Source: a virus (taxonomy: Duplodnaviria; Caudoviricetes). From it: a stretch of DNA of 24,245 bases. This document shows positions 1-5,565 of the stretch, piece by piece; the stretch's first letter is position 1, and each line of letters begins with the position of its first letter. The translations under genes and the position numbers were made by a program. The DNA is taken from positions 1-24,245 of the IMG/VR virus record IMGVR_UViG_3300048599_000557; one strand, given 5' to 3'. The notes beneath the pieces are model-generated. The model worked only from the letters and a program-made list of their open reading frames with translations. It was not told where the DNA came from and searched no databases.

Positions 1-8
1 CACCTGCT

Positions 9-30
9 ATATGCGGGGGGGCTCAGCGCG
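9..30 (+). other. Putative cosN (cohesive-end) site
   Basis: ATATGCG-GGGGGGCTCAG-CGCG resembles lambda TTACG-GGGCGGCGACCT-CGCG. The phage has a GpA-type terminase, and a repeat cluster like cosB follows. Confidence 0.6.
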
Positions 31-61
31 AAAGCTCGCTACCGACAGCCTGAAAATCTGA

Positions 62-234
62 GTTACCAGTTACCGGTTACCACCCGACGAACCATGCCGC
101 GTCTCGCGTAAAAGCCCGTATTCGCGGGGCTTTCAGGCACCCTCTGCCAAAGTAAGGCCTGGTACATCGGGGTGGTACACGCCCTCCTGTACCACTTCAC
201 GTTACCACCTCAAGTTACCACCCGCCCGGTACCA
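62..234. repeat. Cluster of (G/T)TACC(AC) repeats, probable terminase small-subunit binding (cosB-like) array
   Basis: GTTACC at 62, 69 and 76 (7-bp period). Inverted TGGTACA 160-166 and GTGGTACA 172-179, TGTACCAC 188-195, GTTACCACC 201-209 and 214-222, GGTACCA 228-234. Confidence 0.75.
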
Positions 235-257
235 GCGGGCCCAGTTCCGAAAGATCG

Positions 258-1535
258 ATGCACTCCGACTTCGCCGCCCAGGTCGAGCGATGGCCGCTTG
301 AGCGATTGATCCCGCATGCGCGCAATGCGCGGACCCATTCGGAAGATCAAGTCGCGCAGATTGCCGGCTCAATAGCCGAGTTTGGCTTCGTGAACCCGGT
401 GCTGGTCGGCGATGACGGCGTCTTGGTGGCGGGCCATGGCCGGGTGATGGCGGCACGCAAGTTGGGGCTCAAAGATGCCCCGGTGATTGTGCTAACGCAT
501 CTGACGCCCACCCAGCGCCGGGCGCTGATGATCGCCGACAACCAGATCGCCACCAATGCCGGCTGGAACGAGGAGATGCTGGCAGCCGAGTTAGCGGCCT
601 TGCAGGATGAATCCTTCGATCTTGACCTGCTCGGCTTCGATGAGGCCGATCTCGACCGCCTACTCGCCACTACGAACGAGGCGGACGAAGACCTCGATGA
701 AGCGCCCGAGCCGCCTGCCGATCCCGTCAGCCGCCCTGGTGATATCTGGATCTGCGGCGAGCACCGGGTGCTGTGTGGCGATGCGACCGTGCTGAGCGAT
801 GTCGAGAAGCTTCTCGATGGGGAGTTGGCCGACATGGCCTTCACGGACCCACCCTACAATGTGAACTACGCCAACTCCACCAAGGACAAACTCCGCGGCA
901 AGAACCGGCCGATCCTGAATGATGCTTTGGGCGACGACTTCGGCGCCTTCCTCTATGACGCTTGCGTGAGCCTGCTCTGCGTGACCAAAGGCGCGGTTTA
1001 CATCTGCATGTCATCATCCGAACTCGACGCCCTGCAGAAAGCCTTCCGCGCCGCCGGTGGCAAATGGTCGACCTTCATCGTTTGGGCCAAGAACACCTTC
1101 ACGCTCGGGCGCGCGGACTATCAGCGCCAGTACGAACCGATCCTCTATGGCTGGAAGGACGGGGCCGATCACTATTGGTGCGGCGCCCGCGATCAGGGCG
1201 ATGTCTGGTTCTTCGACAAGCCCGCCAAGAACGACCTGCATCCGACGATGAAGCCGGTGGCATTGGTCGAGCGGGCAATTCGCAACTCGTCCAAGAGCCG
1301 CGACATCGTCCTCGACCTCTTCGGCGGCTCGGGCACCACCATGATTGCCGGTGAACGGGCCGGTCGACGGGCCCGGCTTATCGAACTCGATCCCAAATAT
1401 GTCGATGTGATCGTCGAGCGCTGGCAGGAGGTCACGGGTCAGAAGTCTGTCCTCGCAGGCGAGGAGCGCACCTTTGATAACATGAAGGCGACGCGAGCAG
1501 GAAAGGCCGCGGCCGCTCAGAAGGACGCTGCGTGA
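258..1535 (+). CDS. ParB-like N-terminal domain fused to N6/N4 DNA methyltransferase (orphan, beta-class motif order)
   Basis: N-terminus NARTH...SIAEFGFVNPVLV...AGHGR...ADN is ParB/Srx-like. Catalytic DPPY precedes HPTMKP and the SAM-binding VLDLFGGSGTT. Confidence 0.93.
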   Translation: MHSDFAAQVERWPLERLIPHARNARTHSEDQVAQIAGSIAEFGFVNPVLVGDDGVLVAGHGRVMAARKLGLKDAPVIVLTHLTPTQRRALMIADNQIATNAGWNEEMLAAELAALQDESFDLDLLGFDEADLDRLLATTNEADEDLDEAPEPPADPVSRPGDIWICGEHRVLCGDATVLSDVEKLLDGELADMAFTDPPYNVNYANSTKDKLRGKNRPILNDALGDDFGAFLYDACVSLLCVTKGAVYICMSSSELDALQKAFRAAGGKWSTFIVWAKNTFTLGRADYQRQYEPILYGWKDGADHYWCGARDQGDVWFFDKPAKNDLHPTMKPVALVERAIRNSSKSRDIVLDLFGGSGTTMIAGERAGRRARLIELDPKYVDVIVERWQEVTGQKSVLAGEERTFDNMKATRAGKAAAAQKDAA

Positions 1536-1762
1536 TGCAGTCGCGATTCATGTCGATGGTCGAGTCAGTATCCAACATTGTTGTTGGTTATGGGCTTGCG
1601 GTCCTCACCCAATTGCTGGTGTTTCCGATGTTCGGGTTGCATGCATCGCTCGCCGAGAATCTCGGGCTCGGTCTGGTTTTTACAGTTGTCTCCCTGGCAC
1701 GCTCGTACTGCGTGCGCCGGGTGTTCAATCTCTTAGGACGCAATCTCCACAGATCGCTCTGA
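1535..1762 (+). CDS. Small conserved two-TM phage membrane protein (QSRxMSxVE...RSYxxRRxF type)
   Basis: TGATG overlap with the methyltransferase stop, two hydrophobic helices, and a sequence type often seen after phage ParB-methyltransferases. Confidence 0.8.
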   Translation: MQSRFMSMVESVSNIVVGYGLAVLTQLLVFPMFGLHASLAENLGLGLVFTVVSLARSYCVRRVFNLLGRNLHRSL

Positions 1763-1779
1763 TCAGCCAGCTTGCTGTT

Positions 1780-2622
1780 CTAGGAGCCGGGCTGCATTTC
1801 GGCGATGAGGAATTCCATTTGGCTATTTTCTGCCAAGGCGATCCATTCGGACGGATCAGCCCCGTTCGGTTCCCACTCCCAGGTCAGGAAACCTGGCTCG
1901 ATCTGGCCGTAGCCCATGCGCACCATATGGCCGCGCGTCGCCATTCCCTCGTTCACCAGCGCCCACAGGCATCGTGGTTGCCATTTCAGATACGCCAGAA
2001 GCATGCCCAGCCGTGGGAAGACTTCGAGACAGGTCCGGTCACGGAAATGCCGGTCGATCCACAGTTCACCATGATAAACGACCTTGCCGCTGAGCCCCTG
2101 CGATACCGAATTGGCCGGCGGGTCGATCCGACGGGGTAAGACAAGTTCCTTGCGCTTGAGGTACAAGCCGGCCATCCAGCCAAGTGCCCATTCGGCGAGG
2201 TTCGGATGGACGATATCAAGGCGGAATGCCTGAAGGGCAATGACGCTGCCGCAAGAGGCGTGCGCGGAGAGCCAGAAGGCCCGATCCTCGTCGAGCAGGC
2301 TCACCTCAGGATCGAATTTGGGCGAGACCTCATCGCCGCGCAGGACCCGTCTGGCTCGACACAAGGCCTCGAAGTCGGATGACAGCTCGACGGTGAACCC
2401 GCTTTGCCGTCCCGCGTCTAGCAGCGATGAGACCGATTGGGCCGCTGAAAGCGGGTCGAGGAGGCAATGCTCACCGGCCGGGGCATGAGCGAGGTGCTTG
2501 CTCCACTTTCGCCTGGCTAATGAACGGGGTGGGCTGAACGCCTCGACATCACGAAGCGCGATGTCTCTGGGCAAGGTGGGCTTGTTCATGACGAAACTCG
2601 ACCGTGTCAGACGGCCGAGCAT
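1780..2622 (-). CDS. Hypothetical protein, probable GNAT/acyl-synthase-like fold (start may be ATG at 2589)
   Basis: Long ORF with protein-like composition. GKVVYHGELWIDRHFR...WQPRCLWALV...MGY resembles degenerate GNAT motifs A/B. Confidence 0.7.
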   Translation of the reverse strand: MLGRLTRSSFVMNKPTLPRDIALRDVEAFSPPRSLARRKWSKHLAHAPAGEHCLLDPLSAAQSVSSLLDAGRQSGFTVELSSDFEALCRARRVLRGDEVSPKFDPEVSLLDEDRAFWLSAHASCGSVIALQAFRLDIVHPNLAEWALGWMAGLYLKRKELVLPRRIDPPANSVSQGLSGKVVYHGELWIDRHFRDRTCLEVFPRLGMLLAYLKWQPRCLWALVNEGMATRGHMVRMGYGQIEPGFLTWEWEPNGADPSEWIALAENSQMEFLIAEMQPGS

Positions 2623-2742
2623 GTCGAAACAGGGTTAAGGACTTGCTCCCTGGCCCTGTGTGCCGAATTCTTCCTTGCCGTCAGGACTTCACTGGCACAC
2701 CGGCGTGACTCGGTCGTGACAGGCCGAGGGGCAAGGGCATGT

Positions 2743-2881
2743 GATACCGCCGCGCAACGCGCGGTATCCTGGATGCAGAAATTCAACGGCGATTGCGGTT
2801 GCTCTGGTGGAGGTCGGAGACACCCGCGCTGATCCTTCGCGAGTGTCTCCTTTCGCCGTCCGATTGGCGGGAGGACCCGCC
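2743..2881 (-). ncRNA. Structured leader or second sRNA downstream of the sigma54 promoter
   Basis: Three hairpins: 2866-2881 (GGCGGG-UCCU-CCCGCC), 2816-2850 (13-bp stem GGAGACACUCGCG/CGCGGGUGUCUCC) and 2743-2768 (GAUACCGC/GCGGUAUC). Confidence 0.45.
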
Positions 2882-2891
2882 CATGGTGCCA

Positions 2892-2907
2892 AGCAATCGG
2901 TATGCCA
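2892..2907 (-). promoter_or_regulatory. Sigma54 (RpoN) -24/-12 promoter
   Basis: The minus strand reads TGGCATACCGATTGCT, with exact GG-N10-GC spacing and one mismatch to TGGCAC-N5-TTGCW. It lies just after the sRNA terminator. Confidence 0.7.
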
Positions 2908-2912
2908 TGCAC

Positions 2913-2944
2913 AAAAAAAAGCCGGCTATGAGAGCCTAGCCGGC
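2913..2944 (-). terminator. Rho-independent terminator of the sRNA
   Basis: GCCGGCUA-8 nt loop-UAGCCGGC followed by U8. Confidence 0.9.
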
Positions 2945-2990
2945 AGGGTTGGGGAGGAATGAGAGCATGGAGGTGATGCTCCCATCGGCT
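2913..2990 (-). ncRNA. ~78-nt trans-acting sRNA with two anti-SD motifs (suhB/MmgR alpha-r8-like architecture)
   Basis: 11-bp stem GAUGGGAGCAU/AUGCUCUCAUU with loop CACCUCC, then single-stranded CCUCCCCAACCCU, then a terminator. A CTATAT -10 element lies about 7 nt upstream. Confidence 0.78.
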
Positions 2991-2996
2991 GCCACC

Positions 2997-3002
2997 ATAT
3001 AG
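2997..3002 (-). promoter_or_regulatory. Alphaproteobacterial sigma70-type -10 element (CTATAT)
   Basis: Exact match to the rhizobial RpoD -10 consensus, correctly spaced from the sRNA 5' end. There is no good -35, so it may be activator-dependent. Confidence 0.55.
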
Positions 3003-3134
3003 AAGCCGGATTAAGAAAGGCATCCGCAAAGCTAGCAAATTGGCGGACTCGCCTTAACCGGCGGGCAATGGCCGATTGGACGACGTCGCGGATGCCACGC
3101 CGGGATAGAACCTCGAAATAGGTATCTTGGCCAA

Positions 3135-3150
3135 TTAATCATAAATTAAC
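3135..3150 (+). promoter_or_regulatory. CtrA binding box
   Basis: TTAA-TCATAAA-TTAAC is a perfect TTAA-N7-TTAAC in intergenic DNA between the divergent sRNA and small ORFs. Confidence 0.8.
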
Positions 3151-3209
3151 GACAAGTTTGCTCACCGATTCTTCGTCGCCCAGTATCGCAGCCGAGGTAA
3201 AATGAGCTG

Positions 3210-3413
3210 ATGCTGGTCGATGATTGCATTGCGGGGTTTATACTGGGAGCGTCCCTGGGCGGTCTCGCGGGCGCATGGACCAATCCAGCCGCAGGCATGA
3301 TCCTCGGTGCCGACATCGGCGTGGCAATCATGCTGATCTGGCATGTCCTCGAAAGTCCCTCGATTACTGATGCTGAAGAATCGCTGACCGCCCCAGCCAG
3401 TGCCGGGATCTGA
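3210..3413 (+). CDS. Small glycine-zipper membrane peptide (67 aa)
   Basis: Two hydrophobic helices with repeated GxxxG (GFILGASLGGLAG, GMILGADIG). GAGGT upstream; lies downstream of the CtrA box. Confidence 0.55.
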   Translation: MLVDDCIAGFILGASLGGLAGAWTNPAAGMILGADIGVAIMLIWHVLESPSITDAEESLTAPASAGI

Positions 3414-3529
3414 GCCCGAACATGGTTCCCAAGCTCCCAATGCGAGACTGACAATCTTAGCCGGACTGTTGGCAGCAAGTTTATTCTTGCCCGCTACTTG
3501 TGGTCGCCTAAAGACGGCGATGGCTCGAG

Positions 3530-3733
3530 ATGCTCAGTTCGCAGGATTGGCAAACCCTCACTCACACCGCAAGAGCGGTTCGCGCACAAAGGCGCCTTGA
3601 GACCCGCCGCGCACACCGTGTCTTCAGAAACGTTCAGCTTCGCCAAGAACCGATCTGGCTAGCACTGGTCGCGACACTGGCCGTGCTGATCCTGACTTGG
3701 CTTCCGTCGGTCAGTTTTGCCGGAGCACTTTGA
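3530..3733 (+). CDS. Small protein with basic N-terminus and C-terminal TM helix (67 aa)
   Basis: PIWLALVATLAVLILTWLP hydrophobic segment; weak RBS. Confidence 0.45.
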   Translation: MLSSQDWQTLTHTARAVRAQRRLETRRAHRVFRNVQLRQEPIWLALVATLAVLILTWLPSVSFAGAL

Positions 3734-3972
3734 CGACGCGCGAGCGTCCCTTGCATAGTGACTGCGAAGTGCCGATTTTGATGAGGGCTCAGGCCGAAGT
3801 AGTTGATCGCCGCCGGGCTTGTACGCCGATTGGCGTCACAGACCATCGAATTCGCTTGATAGTAAGTGGCAGCCGGCGGCGTCGAACCACACCTGACCTC
3901 GACTTCAAAATTGTCTCCCTGGCGCGTTGGTGCTGCTTGCGCCGGGCGTTCAATCTTCTGGCTCGAATAAAA

Positions 3973-4000
3973 TGAAAGCCCGCTCACATGCGGGCTTTCA
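3973..4000. terminator. Probable bidirectional terminator between convergent units
   Basis: Perfect 11-bp inverted repeat TGAAAGCCCGC-TCACAT-GCGGGCTTTCA, 24 nt beyond the DUF3489 stop. Confidence 0.75.
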
Positions 4001-4024
4001 GTCTGAAGCTGTAGCGCCGGATGG

Positions 4025-4594
4025 TCAGGCTATTTTGTAGACGCGACCTCTGCGATCGGACTTTTCGGAGGTGACATTCAGCCCGAGCTTCTTCTTCAGC
4101 GCTCCGGCAATGGCCCCGCGCACGGTATGCGGCTGCCAATCGAGCGCCTCGACGATCTCGTCGATGGTCGCGCCCTTGGTTCGACGTAGCATCGAGATGA
4201 GTTGTGCCTGCTTGCTGTCGTTACGCGGTGCTCGCTCCTTGCCGGCCTTGCCTTTCGTTTTGACCTTTGCGGCGACCCGTCCTTGATCGGCCGGGGGACC
4301 GCCCACCAGAGCGCCACCGTCGACAGCAGAGGGATCGGCATCCGGTGCGATGCCGAGGGCGGCAAGGGCGGCATCAGTGATGACCAGCGTGACGCCATGA
4401 CCATCGCCAGTCTTGCGCCAGATGGGATCGCTACGCTTGGCATCGACTTCCTCGACAAGGCCCTTGGCAACCAGGCTGCCGATGACCTTCGCCGCGGCAC
4501 CACCTTTGAGTCGGCCGGGCAGCGGCAGCACGAAACGATCGTCGCGTTGGCAGGCGGCGTTCAGAATGACGAGTTGGGTATCTGAGAGCTTCAT
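4025..4594 (-). CDS. DUF3489 domain protein (C-terminal winged HTH-like)
   Basis: KLSDTQLVIL N-terminus and SKQAQLISMLRR..GATIDEI...WQPHTVRGAIAGALKKKLGL...GRVY signature. Confidence 0.9.
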   Translation of the reverse strand: MKLSDTQLVILNAACQRDDRFVLPLPGRLKGGAAAKVIGSLVAKGLVEEVDAKRSDPIWRKTGDGHGVTLVITDAALAALGIAPDADPSAVDGGALVGGPPADQGRVAAKVKTKGKAGKERAPRNDSKQAQLISMLRRTKGATIDEIVEALDWQPHTVRGAIAGALKKKLGLNVTSEKSDRRGRVYKIA

Positions 4595-4701
4595 GGGGCT
4601 GACCCTTTCGGTCTAGGCGGGCTCACGAGCATCGCGGGCCCTGCTACTGCCCCGAGCCCCGCTGGCCGGACCGGTCGGGGCTGAGTCAATATGGAGGGGC
4701 T

Positions 4702-4920
4702 CTATTCGGCGTGTTCACCTTCCTTGAAGGCGCTGTCGGTAATGCGTTTCAGGAGCTCGGCGTAATGCGCAAGCGTCCCGACATGCCCCCAGTTGACCTC
4801 GTCGGGGCCGACATCGAAGTGCTCATCGCTCAGCGCGGTCAGGCGCGTGAGCATCGTGTCGATTTCAAGCTTGCGGGCCATGAAGGCCTCAAGGGCGGTT
4901 TGTTTTTCAGTAGTGCGCAT
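4702..4920 (-). CDS. Conserved small phage protein (72 aa), upstream partner of DUF3489
   Basis: ALEAFMARKLEIDTML...PDEVNWGHVGTL motif; GGGAGA RBS ahead of ATG 4920. Confidence 0.8.
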   Translation of the reverse strand: MRTTEKQTALEAFMARKLEIDTMLTRLTALSDEHFDVGPDEVNWGHVGTLAHYAELLKRITDSAFKEGEHAE

Positions 4921-4944
4921 GTCGGTCTCCCGTTTTGGTGAGCC

Positions 4945-4991
4945 CATGAATGCTTCACTTCGCGGGAAAGCCAAGAAGATTACGTGTAATC
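4945..4991 (-). promoter_or_regulatory. Putative leftward promoter with adjacent palindromic operator
   Basis: Minus strand CTTGGCT-N17-ATTCAT. Palindrome GATTAC-GT-GTAATC at 4978-4991 lies between divergent genes. Confidence 0.4.
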
Positions 4992-5019
4992 AGATTGCTA
5001 TCTTCGGGCTCGACTGATC

Positions 5020-5565
5020 ATGGGAGTATCAATCCGTAGCTATGCGCGCCAGCGCGGCGTCAGCCATGTTGCCGTGCTGCGCGCCGCCAAATCAGGCCGC
5101 ATTGCACTTGAGGCCGATGGCACCGTCGATCCGGCCAAGGCCGATGCCGCGTGGACCCGGTCGAGCGATCCCGCGAGGACCGCGGCGAAGCCAAGGGGTA
5201 TGAAGCCGGTCGCTGAAGCCGTGGTCAGCTCGGTGCGCGAGACCCTTAAGGAACAGGGATTGCCAGCGGGCGGCAATATCACCTTCGTTCAGGCGCGCAC
5301 CGCCCATGAGATCGCCAAGGCGCATCTCGCACGTCTGCGCCTGCAGCGCATGAAGGGGGAACTCGTCGACCGAGCCAAGGCGCAGGCTCTGGTATTTCGC
5401 CTCGCCCGCGAAGAGCGCGATGTCTGGGTCAATTGGCCGGCCCGTGTCGCCGCCTTGATGGCAGCCGAATTGGGCATCGAGGCGCATCCCGTGCAAAAAG
5501 TTCTGGAGTCCTATGTCCGCGCCCACCTCGCCGAACTCGTCGAGGTTCGCCCCGAATTCCGCTGA
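5020..5565 (+). CDS. Terminase small subunit (Nu1-like)
   Basis: N-terminal HTH (SIRSYARQRGVSHVAVLRA) and coiled segment ending KGELV; immediately upstream of TerL. Confidence 0.85.
   Translation: MGVSIRSYARQRGVSHVAVLRAAKSGRIALEADGTVDPAKADAAWTRSSDPARTAAKPRGMKPVAEAVVSSVRETLKEQGLPAGGNITFVQARTAHEIAKAHLARLRLQRMKGELVDRAKAQALVFRLAREERDVWVNWPARVAALMAAELGIEAHPVQKVLESYVRAHLAELVEVRPEFR

Noticed and set aside
62-234. Repeats as a CRISPR array or replication iterons
   Set aside because: Units are only 6-9 bp, irregularly spaced and in both orientations, with no cas or rep gene nearby.
2967-3002. Plus-strand 11-aa peptide MEVMLPSAATI behind GGAGG
   Set aside because: The SD-like sequence is better explained as the complement of the sRNA anti-SD. 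The terminator U-tract and -10 element are on the minus strand.
2607-3038. Minus-strand 143-aa ORF spanning the sRNA region
   Set aside because: It crosses a strong terminator and a sigma54 promoter and has no coding-like composition.
3634-3987. ORFs 3697-3975 (+) and 3634-3987 (-)
   Set aside because: No RBS, Arg-rich or random composition, and overlap with the terminator and the neighbouring ORF.
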